Assembly: GCF_044361065.1 (NCBI RefSeq)
Contig: NZ_JBIKJI010000001.1
Span: 1-48,353, forward strand
DNA: 48,353 bases
Direction: 5' to 3'
From: Flavobacterium sp.
Lineage (GTDB): Bacteria > Bacteroidota > Bacteroidia > Flavobacteriales > Flavobacteriaceae
The position numbers and the translations under genes were made by a program. Below, piece by piece: positions 28,530-38,650 of the stretch (position 1 is its first letter; every line of letters begins with the position of its first letter). The notes beneath the pieces were generated by a model. That model worked only from the letters and a program-made list of their open reading frames with translations. It made no database searches and was not told where the DNA came from.

Positions 28530-29645
28530 ATGAAAATAGGAATATTAGGTACCCGAGGCATACCAAATAATTATGGAGGATTTGAGCAATTTGCCGAATT
28601 CTTTTCTATTTATGCCGCACAAGCTGAACACTCTGTTTTTGTATATACACCTCATAATCATACTTACAAAGAAAATACATTTGAAAAAGTGAATCTTATC
28701 AAATGTTACGATCCAGAATATGTAATCGGAACAGCGGGTCAATTTATTTATGATTTAAATTGTATTCTTGATTCTCGAAAAAGAAATTTTGATATTATTC
28801 TACAATTAGGTTATACAAGTAGCGCTTTTTGGTACGATTTACACCCAAAAAATAGCATTGTTATTACAAATATGGATGGCTTAGAATGGAAACGGACTAA
28901 ATATAATAAACCTATTAAAAAACTTTTAAAGATTGCCGAAAGAAGGGCCGCTACAAAAAGCGATTATTTAATTTCAGATTCTTTAGGCATTCAAGAGTAT
29001 CTTTTAAAAACGCACAACAAGGAAAGTGAATACATTGCTTATGGCGCAGATAATTTTGATACACCAAACGAAGAATTTTTAAATAATTATAAAGTTGAAA
29101 AATATAATTTTAACATGATTATGGCGCGTTTCGAACCAGAAAATAATTTAAATATGGTTTTGGAAGGCGTGATGTTAAGTAAAGATGAAAAACCAATATT
29201 AGTCATTGGAAATCACAAAACAAAATATGGTGATTATTTAAAAAATAAATTTTCAACTTGCAAAAAAATAAAATTTTTAGGCGCAATTTACAACCTTACG
29301 GATCTAAATAATTTAAGATATTTCTCCAATTTATATTTTCATGGCCACACAGTGGGTGGAACGAATCCTTCTTTATTGGAAGCAATGGCATCACAAGGAT
29401 TAATCGCTGCACATCGTAATCATTTCAATTATGGGGTTTTGAAAGAAAATGCGTTTTATTTTGAAAACTCATTAGAAGTTAAAAAAATACTTGAAACAAT
29501 TAAAAAAATTGATAACTTGCAGTTTGTAAAAAACAACTCTGAAGCCATTGCAAACAACTTTAATTGGAATAAAATAAATGAAGAATATTTACAGTTTTTT
29601 AGCAAATGCCTGGCAAGAAATGCTACAGGAGCAAAAGTTAAATAA
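28530..29645 (+). CDS. GT4 glycosyltransferase (DUF1972-type)
   Basis: GTRGIPNNYGGFE, NMDGLEWKR, RFEPENN, HGHTVGGTNPSLLEAM; promoter TATTTTTG at 28504-28511. Confidence 0.9.
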   Translation: MKIGILGTRGIPNNYGGFEQFAEFFSIYAAQAEHSVFVYTPHNHTYKENTFEKVNLIKCYDPEYVIGTAGQFIYDLNCILDSRKRNFDIILQLGYTSSAFWYDLHPKNSIVITNMDGLEWKRTKYNKPIKKLLKIAERRAATKSDYLISDSLGIQEYLLKTHNKESEYIAYGADNFDTPNEEFLNNYKVEKYNFNMIMARFEPENNLNMVLEGVMLSKDEKPILVIGNHKTKYGDYLKNKFSTCKKIKFLGAIYNLTDLNNLRYFSNLYFHGHTVGGTNPSLLEAMASQGLIAAHRNHFNYGVLKENAFYFENSLEVKKILETIKKIDNLQFVKNNSEAIANNFNWNKINEEYLQFFSKCLARNATGAKVK

Positions 29646-30909
29646 ATCTTTTTTACCCTTTTTACTTATCCTAATTACATTGCCAACTATAATGGCAATT
29701 AATAATGTTACTACTGCGATTTTTATTTTTTCTGTTTTGTTTTTTAATAGAACAAACAAAATTACACTAAATCGCACATTATTATTTCCAATAGTACTAT
29801 TTATTTGGATGGCAAGTTCCTATTTTTGGTCAATTGATAAAGCAGCTACAATACCCGCTATTTTTAAAGAAATCTTTTTGTTATTAATTCCGGCAGCATT
29901 TTTAATTATGCGTCCCTTTTATAAAAGTCAAATTTATAAATTAATAAAATATTATAGCTATGCTATGGTGTTTTATGCCGGTTTTTTTCTTTTAAGAGCA
30001 TTGATTAGATATATGATTTCAGGAGATCAAAGGTCGTTTTTCTATCATGGCGAATATGATAATGATTTTGGTTTGGTGCCTAAATTATTAAATGCAATAC
30101 ATGTATCTGTTTATATGGCTCTCGCTTTTTTTTACTTTTTAAATCTAGAAATTAAAAAGAAATTTGATGTCATTTGCGCTTCAATTCTATTTGGATTTAT
30201 TTTTTTACTGTCTTCTAAAAACATAATTATTGTATTCGTGTTCTTAATCGGAATTCACTTTTTTTATTTTTCAAAATCGTCGAGCAAAATGCGTTTGAGA
30301 AATTTAGCTATTTTAACTCTAATTTTAGTAGCTATACTAAGTTTTAGTAAAATAAAAAATAGATTTTTAGTCGAATTTCAATCCAACACCAAAACCAGCG
30401 TAAGTCATAGCGTTTATAATGAAGCGGATGAAGGCATAAATTATATAAGCATAAATGAAGCATGGAATAATGAGAAATTTTCACATAAGGATTATTTTCC
30501 AGGCACTGCTTTCAGGGTATATCAATTCCGAATGTTTTTAGAAATTTTTAGTGAAGAACCTTTGTTTTGGAAAGGATTGGGTTTAAATGCCTCACAAGGC
30601 AAACTTTTAGAAAAAGAGAAAAAATATGAGCTTTATCCAGGATACGGATCGTTTAATTTTCATAATCAATATGTCCAAAATTTTGCCGAACTTGGTTGTA
30701 TAGGTTTTACGCTGTTGGTGATTATCTTATTTTTAAATTTAAAATTCGCACTAAAACATAAAAATTTTATACATATTTCTTTTGCAGTTCTAATGATAAG
30801 CTTATTTTTGACAGAGTCATTCTTATGGAGACAAAAAGGAGTGTTGTTTTTCATATCTTTATATTGTTTGTTTCAAATAAAGGAAACAAAAACTACCTTA
30901 AAAATCTAA
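29578..30909 (+). CDS. O-antigen ligase-family membrane protein (WaaL-like)
   Basis: Multi-TM; LSSK, FR, GLG...NFHNQY...E.G..G. Confidence 0.8.
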   Translation: MKNIYSFLANAWQEMLQEQKLNKSFLPFLLILITLPTIMAINNVTTAIFIFSVLFFNRTNKITLNRTLLFPIVLFIWMASSYFWSIDKAATIPAIFKEIFLLLIPAAFLIMRPFYKSQIYKLIKYYSYAMVFYAGFFLLRALIRYMISGDQRSFFYHGEYDNDFGLVPKLLNAIHVSVYMALAFFYFLNLEIKKKFDVICASILFGFIFLLSSKNIIIVFVFLIGIHFFYFSKSSSKMRLRNLAILTLILVAILSFSKIKNRFLVEFQSNTKTSVSHSVYNEADEGINYISINEAWNNEKFSHKDYFPGTAFRVYQFRMFLEIFSEEPLFWKGLGLNASQGKLLEKEKKYELYPGYGSFNFHNQYVQNFAELGCIGFTLLVIILFLNLKFALKHKNFIHISFAVLMISLFLTESFLWRQKGVLFFISLYCLFQIKETKTTLKI

Positions 30910-30915
30910 AATTTA

Positions 30916-31899
30916 ATGAAAAGAATATTAATTACTGGAGCTGCGGGATTTTTAGGTTCACATTTATGCGATCGCTTTTTAGCAGAAGGCTATTTTGTTA
31001 TGGGAATGGATAATTTAATTACGGGCGATTTAAAAAATATAGAACATTTATTTAAAGAAAAAAACTTTGAGTTTTATCATCATGATATTACTAAATTTGT
31101 GCATGTTCCCGGGAATTTAGATTATATTTTGCACTTCGCTTCTCCAGCAAGTCCAATTGATTATTTAAAAATTCCAATTCAAACCTTAAAAGTAGGCTCT
31201 TTAGGAACTCATAATTTATTAGGCTTGGCTAGAGTTAAAAAAGCACGAATATTAATTGCTTCCACTTCCGAAATATATGGTGATCCATTAGTACATCCGC
31301 AAACAGAGGAATATTACGGAAACGTAAATACAATTGGTCCACGCGGTGTATATGATGAAGCCAAACGGTTTCAAGAATCAATTACAATGGCGTATCACAC
31401 GTTTCACGGCGTGGAAACTAGAATTGTCCGAATTTTTAACACTTACGGACCAAGAATGCGATTAAATGACGGACGAGTTATACCTGCATTTATAGGTCAA
31501 GCGCTAAGAGGAGAAGATCTAACGGTTTTTGGTGACGGAAGTCAAACACGTTCTTTTTGTTACGTTTCGGATCAAGTAGAAGGCATTTATAGATTATTAC
31601 TTTCCGATTATCATTTACCTGTAAACATTGGAAATCCAGATGAAATTACTATTTCTGATTTTGCTGAAGAAATAATTAAATTAACAGGAACCAAACAAAA
31701 GGTCATTTATAAAGACTTACCTGTAAACGACCCAATGCAACGACAACCAGATATTATTAAGGCCAAAGAAATTTTAGGATGGACAGCTAAAGTAAAAAGA
31801 GAAGAAGGCATGAAATTAACTTATGAGTATTTCAAATCACTTTCACCTGAAGAATTAGCAAAAGAAGAACACAAAGATTTCTCAAAATACATTTATTAG
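30916..31899 (+). CDS. UDP-glucuronate decarboxylase (UDP-xylose synthase)
   Basis: [33 protein letters not shown] and [10 protein letters not shown]. Confidence 0.92.
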   Translation: MKRILITGAAGFLGSHLCDRFLAEGYFVMGMDNLITGDLKNIEHLFKEKNFEFYHHDITKFVHVPGNLDYILHFASPASPIDYLKIPIQTLKVGSLGTHNLLGLARVKKARILIASTSEIYGDPLVHPQTEEYYGNVNTIGPRGVYDEAKRFQESITMAYHTFHGVETRIVRIFNTYGPRMRLNDGRVIPAFIGQALRGEDLTVFGDGSQTRSFCYVSDQVEGIYRLLLSDYHLPVNIGNPDEITISDFAEEIIKLTGTKQKVIYKDLPVNDPMQRQPDIIKAKEILGWTAKVKREEGMKLTYEYFKSLSPEELAKEEHKDFSKYIY

Positions 31900-31900
31900 T

Positions 31901-33253
31901 TTGAAGCCAAAAACAGGAAGATATTCAGGATTTATTAGACCGCTAATTACTTTTATAGATTTATTAATTATTAATCTTTTAATTTTAGTTTGTCTTCGTT
32001 CCGCTATGAGTAATTTTGGTTATCATACTATTTTATCGCTTTCTTGGATAGTTATCTCATATTATTCAGCGTATTACGAAGTATATAGGTTCACTAAAGA
32101 AATTACAATTTTAGGAAAGCTTCTAAAGCAGTTTATTTTTATTAGCTTAATTACGTTCGCATACGTTGGTTATAAATATAAATATGTAACTCCAGATGAA
32201 GTATGGAATTATATTATTTTTTGTTTCATTTCAGTTGGATTTATTAAGTTCTCAATATTTTTTCTGCTAAAAAAATACCGATTATTATATGGTGGAAATT
32301 TAAGAAATGTGATCATTTTAGGATATGGTAAAGACGTAGAAGAGTTAAAATTATTTTTTACTACAAACCCAAATTATGGTTATAATTTAATGCGTGTTTT
32401 TAATTTAAAAATAAATAAAAAAGAAGAAATTAAAGCGTGTTATGAGTTTGTAGCCAAAAATAATGTGGATGAAATTTATGGTTCGTTAAATACGCTCAAC
32501 ACTACAGATTTAGACAGTCTAATACATTTTGCAGACAACAATCTCAAAACCATAAAATTATTGCCAGATAGTAAAAACAGAATGTTACGCAACTTAGCTG
32601 TAGAATATTACGGTTATTTGCCCGTTATTTCTTTAAGAACCATTCCGTTAGATAAAGTGATTAATAAAAGAATCAAACGTTTATTTGATGTTGTATTTTC
32701 ATTACTTGTAATTTTATTGCTATTGTTATGGCTAACCCCTTTAATAGCTGTATTAATAAAGATAGAATCAAAAGGACCAATTTTCTTTAAACAAAGAAGA
32801 AATGGATTAAATTATAAGGAGTTTTATTGTTATAAATTTAGATCTATGCGATTAAATTCAAAAGCTGATTTAGAGCAAGTTCAAAAAAACGACCCAAGAG
32901 TTACTAAATTCGGAAAAATATTACGAAAGTTTAGTCTTGATGAGTTGCCACAATTTTTTAACGTAGTATTAGGCGATATGTCGGTTGTGGGACCAAGACC
33001 ACATATGGTTAGTCATACAGAAATGTACGCAAAAAGCGTTGATAAGTTTATGGTTAGACACTTTATTAAACCCGGAATTACAGGGTTAGCACAAATAAAT
33101 GGCTGCAGAGGAGAAGTAGAATCCGATAAAGATATTGTAAACAGAGTTAAATTTGATATTTTTTATTTAGAGAATTGGTCTATTTTGTTAGATTTAAAAA
33201 TAATATACAAGACAGTAGTTAACGTCATAAAAGGCGAAGAAAAAGCCTATTAA
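31901..33253 (+). CDS. Undecaprenyl-phosphate sugar phosphotransferase (WcaJ-like initiating transferase)
   Basis: KRLFD, KFRSM, DPRVT, LDELPQF.NV..GDMS.VGPRP and KPGITG.AQ. Confidence 0.93.
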   Translation: MKPKTGRYSGFIRPLITFIDLLIINLLILVCLRSAMSNFGYHTILSLSWIVISYYSAYYEVYRFTKEITILGKLLKQFIFISLITFAYVGYKYKYVTPDEVWNYIIFCFISVGFIKFSIFFLLKKYRLLYGGNLRNVIILGYGKDVEELKLFFTTNPNYGYNLMRVFNLKINKKEEIKACYEFVAKNNVDEIYGSLNTLNTTDLDSLIHFADNNLKTIKLLPDSKNRMLRNLAVEYYGYLPVISLRTIPLDKVINKRIKRLFDVVFSLLVILLLLLWLTPLIAVLIKIESKGPIFFKQRRNGLNYKEFYCYKFRSMRLNSKADLEQVQKNDPRVTKFGKILRKFSLDELPQFFNVVLGDMSVVGPRPHMVSHTEMYAKSVDKFMVRHFIKPGITGLAQINGCRGEVESDKDIVNRVKFDIFYLENWSILLDLKIIYKTVVNVIKGEEKAY

Positions 33254-33372
33254 AAAAACTTTCATTTCAATTCCATAAAAATTATTTGGATAATATACTT
33301 CTTATTAAAATCCTTCTCGTTTTTTAATTAAAAGAGACTATTTTTGCACAAACAAAAACAACATATACAAAT

Positions 33373-34644
33373 ATGAATATTTTACTTTTAGGATCTGGCG
33401 GAAGAGAACACGCTTTTGCTTGGAAAATGACGCAAAGTGCATTATGTACCCAACTATTTGTTGCGCCCGGAAATGCAGGAACCGCAAAAATAGCTACAAA
33501 TATTGCTGTAAATCCAAACGATTTTGAAACAATCAAACAATTTGTTTTGGAAAATACTATAAAAATGGTTGTAGTAGGACCAGAAGATCCTTTAGTAAAT
33601 GGCATATATGATTTCTTTAAAACCGACACAAAAATTTCACATATTCCAGTAATTGGACCTAGTAAATTAGGTGCGCAATTAGAAGGGAGTAAAGAATTTG
33701 CCAAAGAATTTTTAGTTAAAAATAATATTCCAACGGCAAAGTATGAAAGTTTTACTTCTGAAACAGTTGAAAAAGGATACGCTTTTCTAGAAACATTATC
33801 CCCTCCATATGTTTTAAAAGCAGACGGGTTAGCTGCCGGAAAAGGCGTAGTAATCCTAAATGATTTACAAGAAGCTAAAAACGAATTAAAGGCAATGCTT
33901 GTCGATGCAAAATTTGGTTCAGCAAGTGCAAAAGTGGTAATTGAAGAGTTTTTAGACGGAATTGAGTTAAGTTGTTTTGTGTTAACTGACGGAAAAAATT
34001 ATAAAATTTTACCTACCGCAAAAGATTACAAAAGAATTGGTGAAGGAGACACCGGACTGAACACAGGCGGAATGGGTGCTATTTCTCCAGTTCCATTTGC
34101 AGACGCTGCTTTAATGCAAAAAATTGAATCGCAAATTGTGATTCCTACTATTCATGGTTTAAAAAACGACAATATTGAATACAAAGGCTTTGTGTTTATT
34201 GGTTTGATAAAAGTAGGCGACAATCCTTTTGTGATAGAGTATAACGTTAGAATGGGTGATCCAGAAACAGAAGTCGTTATTCCAAGAATTAAAAGTGACT
34301 TAGTAGCTTTGTTTGAAGCAGTAGCTACTGAAAAATTAGCAGATTTTGATTTGAGTTTAGATGAAAGAACGGCGGCGACTGTTGTTGTTGTTTCGGGCGG
34401 TTATCCTGAAGAATTTGAAAAAGGGAAAGAAATTTTCGGTTTAGATGATAAAACAGATTCTTTAATTTTTCACGCAGGAACTAAAGAAGAAAACGGAAAA
34501 ATTGTATCTAATGGCGGAAGAGTATTGGCTGTAACTTCATTCGGGAATTTATTTATAGAGGCCACAAAAAAATCTTATCAAACCATAGAAAAACTAAAGT
34601 TTGATAAGATGAATTATAGAAAAGATATAGGGTTCGATTTATAA
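33373..34644 (+). CDS. purD: Phosphoribosylamine-glycine ligase
   Basis: GSGGREHA, LEGSK, KADGLAAGKGV, NTGGMG, RMGDPE and GGRVL. Confidence 0.98.
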   Translation: MNILLLGSGGREHAFAWKMTQSALCTQLFVAPGNAGTAKIATNIAVNPNDFETIKQFVLENTIKMVVVGPEDPLVNGIYDFFKTDTKISHIPVIGPSKLGAQLEGSKEFAKEFLVKNNIPTAKYESFTSETVEKGYAFLETLSPPYVLKADGLAAGKGVVILNDLQEAKNELKAMLVDAKFGSASAKVVIEEFLDGIELSCFVLTDGKNYKILPTAKDYKRIGEGDTGLNTGGMGAISPVPFADAALMQKIESQIVIPTIHGLKNDNIEYKGFVFIGLIKVGDNPFVIEYNVRMGDPETEVVIPRIKSDLVALFEAVATEKLADFDLSLDERTAATVVVVSGGYPEEFEKGKEIFGLDDKTDSLIFHAGTKEENGKIVSNGGRVLAVTSFGNLFIEATKKSYQTIEKLKFDKMNYRKDIGFDL

Positions 34645-34659
34645 TCGAACTTTTTTCTT

Positions 34660-34893
34660 TTATTTTGTTAAGAAAGAATGTGCAGTGGTGTCTTGTTCAT
34701 CTTCTCCAGATTTTTTAAAAATCTGCAATTGTTTTGTCCAATAGTATGTCCAATAACAACAAATACAAATAAATATCCAATTGATAATATTTGCTCCCCA
34801 CCAATTTGTTAATTCTAAACTTCTTAAAAAGTCCATTGGTACAAAAAGTACTTCAACAAATAAAAATTGTATTGCTTCGAAAAATGCTTTCAT
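34660..34893 (-). CDS. Small conserved membrane protein (DUF6341-like)
   Basis: Clean ATG and hydrophobic segment; resembles a small Flavobacteriaceae family recalled from memory. Confidence 0.65.
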   Translation of the reverse strand: MKAFFEAIQFLFVEVLFVPMDFLRSLELTNWWGANIINWIFICICCYWTYYWTKQLQIFKKSGEDEQDTTAHSFLTK

Positions 34894-34937
34894 TTTTTTA
34901 TTATTATATTTACACTACAAAAATATAAAATATCTTT

Positions 34938-35864
34938 ATGATTGCAAGTCTTTTTAGTAAAACTCGACCAATAAATTACGCATTAGTATTAATAATGTTG
35001 TTTTCTTGCTTTTTTTTGTACCAATTTCAGATTTCAAATGAAGATTTCCCTTCAGGTGATCTGTTTTCCAAAATTATTGTTTTTCTATTGCTTTTGTTGT
35101 CATTTTTTTTAGTGAATTTCATTTCACTTAAAAACACCTTAACACAAAACGATAATTATGCAATTCTTTTGTTTCTCGTCTTTATATTATTATTTCCATC
35201 GATACTTAATAACATCAAAATTGTGTTATCAAATGTGTTTTTGCTATTAGCTTTAAGAAGGTTGATTTCATTAAAAACATTAAGTTCATCAAAAGAAAAA
35301 ATATTTGATGCTTCTTTCTGGATTTTCCTTTCTGCTATTTTTCACTTTTGGAGTATTTTGTATATTGTTTTAGTATTTATTTCAATTATTTTTCACTCTG
35401 GAAAAGAGTTTAAAAACTGGATTTTACCATTCGTGTCATTCCTCTGTGTTTGGATTTTATATATAGCTACTAGCTTATTTTTATTTGGGAACTATTCTAT
35501 TAATAAGGCTGTTTTTCAGGTAAGTTTTAATTTTTTTGATTTTAAATCCGTGTATCAAAATATGGCATTGTCTTTATTTGTCTCTATTGGCGTATTGTTT
35601 TTTGCTTCTCAAACAATCGACTATCAAAACAAACCTTTAAATATGCAGTCATCTTACAAACAAGTATATTTTGCTTTTCTTTTAGCTGTGGGTATTTATG
35701 TTTTTTCAGCAAATAAATCTAATGAGTTACTAATCTATACTTTTGCGCCTTTAGCCATTTTAGGGGCAAATATGTTTGAAAAAATGGAAAACTCTATTTA
35801 TAAAGAAGTCTCTTTATATTTGTTGTTAGGCGTAGGTTTGTTTTTCTTTTTTGTTCAATTATAA
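34938..35864 (+). CDS. Integral membrane protein (DUF6427-like)
   Basis: Highly hydrophobic throughout; KIFDASFWI motif. Confidence 0.7.
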   Translation: MIASLFSKTRPINYALVLIMLFSCFFLYQFQISNEDFPSGDLFSKIIVFLLLLLSFFLVNFISLKNTLTQNDNYAILLFLVFILLFPSILNNIKIVLSNVFLLLALRRLISLKTLSSSKEKIFDASFWIFLSAIFHFWSILYIVLVFISIIFHSGKEFKNWILPFVSFLCVWILYIATSLFLFGNYSINKAVFQVSFNFFDFKSVYQNMALSLFVSIGVLFFASQTIDYQNKPLNMQSSYKQVYFAFLLAVGIYVFSANKSNELLIYTFAPLAILGANMFEKMENSIYKEVSLYLLLGVGLFFFFVQL

Positions 35865-36512
35865 TTTAGTTCCATAGGCCAAATCGCCGGCATCACCTAA
35901 ACCAGGAACAATATAGTTTTTTTCATTTAATTTTTCATCTAATGAAGCTACCCATAAATGGCAGTTTTTCGGAAGATTTTCTGTTATATATTTAATTCCT
36001 TCAGGAGCAGCAATAACTACAGCAATATGGATTTCTTTTGGCTGATGCGTGGTTAAAATTTTGTTTAAAACCGCCACTAATGACTGCCCAGTTGCTAACA
36101 TCGGGTCTACTAAAATTAACGTTTTATCATTTATGTTTGGCAAGGCTTGGTATTCTACTAAAATATCGAAATTTTCATCCGAATTATAATGATTTCTGTA
36201 AGCAGAAACAAAACCATTTTCTGCAGCATCAAAATAATTTAAAAACCCTTGATGAAGTATCAAACCAGCTCTTAAAATGGAACACAATACTACTTCTTCA
36301 GCAATTTTTGTAGTGTTTTTAATACCTAACGGAGTAGTAATAGCGATGTCACTATATATTAGTTTTTTACTAATCTCATACGCCATGATTTCGCCAATAC
36401 GTTCCATATTTCTTCTGAAACGCATACTGTCTTTCTGAATGGTTACTTCTCTAAGTTGTCCTAAAAAATGATTTAAAACACTGTTTTCTTCGGAAATATA
36501 ATGAATGTTCAT
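35859..36512 (-). CDS. upp: Uracil phosphoribosyltransferase
   Basis: ILRAG, DPMLATG.S and YIVPGLGDAGD..YG. Confidence 0.96.
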   Translation of the reverse strand: MNIHYISEENSVLNHFLGQLREVTIQKDSMRFRRNMERIGEIMAYEISKKLIYSDIAITTPLGIKNTTKIAEEVVLCSILRAGLILHQGFLNYFDAAENGFVSAYRNHYNSDENFDILVEYQALPNINDKTLILVDPMLATGQSLVAVLNKILTTHQPKEIHIAVVIAAPEGIKYITENLPKNCHLWVASLDEKLNEKNYIVPGLGDAGDLAYGTKL

Positions 36513-36581
36513 ATGAGATATTTTGTAATTTATGGTTAAAAGTACAAAAAATCCTTATTTTTGTAAATTAAATTAGAAACT

Positions 36582-37187
36582 ATGTTTGCAGAATTTGCTT
36601 TTCCTATTTTTGAACAAGCTATAAAAAAGTATCATATTATTGATGATGTGTATCAACCAGTAGTTAATCCATACGAAAAAGGTTCGGTTGAACATTTATT
36701 GTATGCTAAAAACTGGGTAGATACGGTGCAATGGCATTATGAAGATATTGTGCGCGACCCAAATATTGATCCCGTTGCAGCGTTAGATTTAAAAAGAAAA
36801 ATTGATGCTTCTAACCAAGTCAGAACAGATATGGTAGAATATATTGATGGTTATTTTTTACAAAAGTACGCACACGTTCAAGTGAAACCAAATGCAAGAA
36901 TTAATACCGAAAGTCCAGCTTGGGCAATTGATAGATTATCAATTTTAGCTTTGAAAATTTACCACATGAATGAAGAAGCTACTCGCGAAGAAGCCACTGC
37001 TGAGCACCGAGCAAAATGTCAAGAAAAATTAAATGTATTGTTAGACCAAAAAAATGATATGTTTATTTCTATTAGTCAATTAGTGGAAGATATTGAAAAT
37101 GGTGATAAATTTATGAAGGTGTACAAACAAATGAAAATGTACAATGACGCTGATTTGAACCCAGTTTTGTATCAAAATAAAAAATAA
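36582..37187 (+). CDS. DUF4254-family protein
   Basis: QWHYED..R, KRKID.SNQ.R and TESP...IDRLSILALKIYHM. Confidence 0.8.
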   Translation: MFAEFAFPIFEQAIKKYHIIDDVYQPVVNPYEKGSVEHLLYAKNWVDTVQWHYEDIVRDPNIDPVAALDLKRKIDASNQVRTDMVEYIDGYFLQKYAHVQVKPNARINTESPAWAIDRLSILALKIYHMNEEATREEATAEHRAKCQEKLNVLLDQKNDMFISISQLVEDIENGDKFMKVYKQMKMYNDADLNPVLYQNKK

Positions 37188-38219
37188 ATGTCTTCACACA
37201 TTTTAGTTATTCGGCTTTCAGCTATGGGCGATGTTGCTATGACAGTTCCTGTACTGAGAGCTTTTTCTTTGCAATATCCCAACGTAAAAATTACCGTTGT
37301 TTCTCGTCCGTTTTTCAAACCTTTTTTCGATGATATTGAAAACACAACTTTTTTTCCAATTGATTTAAAGGAAAGACATAAAGGTTTTTTAGGACTTTTG
37401 CGTTTGTTTTCCGATTTACGAAAATTAAATATTGACGCCGTTGCCGATTTACACAATGTATTACGATCAAAAATTATAAGAACACTATTTGCTTTGAATG
37501 GCAAAAAAGTGGCGGCGACCGATAAAGGCAGACAAGACAAAAAAGCCCTTACAAAATTAGCTATCAAAACCATTTCTCCAACAAAAACAATGTTTGAAAG
37601 ACATTGCGAAACGTTTGAAAAATTAGGTTTTCCTTTACATTTAGAATCACCTACATTTCCAGAAAAAGTTATTTTATCTGACGATATAATAAAGATTACG
37701 GGTAAAAAAGAAGAAAATTGGATAGGGATAGCACCTTTTGCTCAATACGAAAGCAAAGTCTATCCGTTAGATTTAATGCAACAAGTAATTGATGAATTAG
37801 CAAAAATCGCTTCAAATAAAATTTTGTTATTTGGTGGAGGTAGCGAAGAAATTAAGAAGCTAAATCAGCTAAAAAACAATCACGAAAACGTACTTGTTTT
37901 AGCCGGAAAAACCAATTTAAAAGAAGAATTAGCCATAATTTCCAATTTAAATGTAATGTTATCTATGGATTCTGGAAATGCGCATATTGCCGCTATGTTG
38001 GGCGTAAAAGTGATTACACTTTGGGGCGCTACACATCCTTTTGCAGGATTTCAACCGTTCCATCAACCAGATTTTTGTCTGACTTCAGATAGAAAACTAT
38101 ATCCATTTTTACCTACTTCGGTATATGGAAATAAAAAAGTAGCAGGCTATGAAAATGCAATGCGAAGTATTTCTGTGGAAAATGTTGTTGGAAAAATTAA
38201 TTTTGTTTTAAACCATTAA
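37188..38219 (+). CDS. GT9 glycosyltransferase (heptosyltransferase-like)
   Basis: IRLSAMGDV, DLH and DSGNAHIAA.LG..VITLWG.T. Confidence 0.9.
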   Translation: MSSHILVIRLSAMGDVAMTVPVLRAFSLQYPNVKITVVSRPFFKPFFDDIENTTFFPIDLKERHKGFLGLLRLFSDLRKLNIDAVADLHNVLRSKIIRTLFALNGKKVAATDKGRQDKKALTKLAIKTISPTKTMFERHCETFEKLGFPLHLESPTFPEKVILSDDIIKITGKKEENWIGIAPFAQYESKVYPLDLMQQVIDELAKIASNKILLFGGGSEEIKKLNQLKNNHENVLVLAGKTNLKEELAIISNLNVMLSMDSGNAHIAAMLGVKVITLWGATHPFAGFQPFHQPDFCLTSDRKLYPFLPTSVYGNKKVAGYENAMRSISVENVVGKINFVLNH

Positions 38220-38277
38220 GGAATTAAGGTTCATTAAGTTTTATGCTTAATTTTCTTAATTCCTTAATGGTTTAAAA
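38206..38277. repeat. REP-like palindromic element / bidirectional terminator
   Basis: Perfect 23-bp inverted repeat TTTTAAACCATTAAGGAATTAAG (38206-38228) / 38255-38277, between convergent genes. Confidence 0.85.
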
Positions 38278-38280
38278 GAC

Positions 38281-38589
38281 TCACAAATAAACCTGATTGT
38301 CTTTACAAATTTCTAAAATATAACTTTTTAAATTAGAAATAGTTGCTTGATAATTTGGTGCTTCATAACCAAAACGTTCGTGTTCCATTTGCTCTTTTTC
38401 AACTTCATTACAACCCTTTATAATTTCCCTAATAATATCTAACAAAATAAGTTGTTTGTCTTGTTGTCTATCAAATTTATAAGCAACAATTTCATCTTGT
38501 AATTTTTCGCAATATTCAACCAACTGGATAACTTCTGGTTCGCCCAACAAGTCGCTATTTTTTTTGAATATTTCGTATAAGTTTTTCAA
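38281..38589 (-). CDS. Hypothetical protein (acidic, helical)
   Basis: 102-aa ORF filling the gap, TTG start, plausible composition. Confidence 0.6.
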   Translation of the reverse strand: MKNLYEIFKKNSDLLGEPEVIQLVEYCEKLQDEIVAYKFDRQQDKQLILLDIIREIIKGCNEVEKEQMEHERFGYEAPNYQATISNLKSYILEICKDNQVYL

Positions 38590-38613
38590 GGGTTTGAAAT
38601 TTTTACTATAACA

Positions 38614-38650
38614 AGACTTTAGACTTTATGACATTAAAACTTTAGACTAT
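38614..38650. repeat. Degenerate AGACTTT heptamer run
   Basis: AGACTTT AGACTTT ATGACATT AAAACTTT AGACTAT. Confidence 0.6.

Noticed and set aside
29578-29645. 68-bp overlap between the GT and waaL-like genes as a frameshift or fusion
   Set aside because: Both proteins look complete; a later waaL start or an ordinary overlap explains it.
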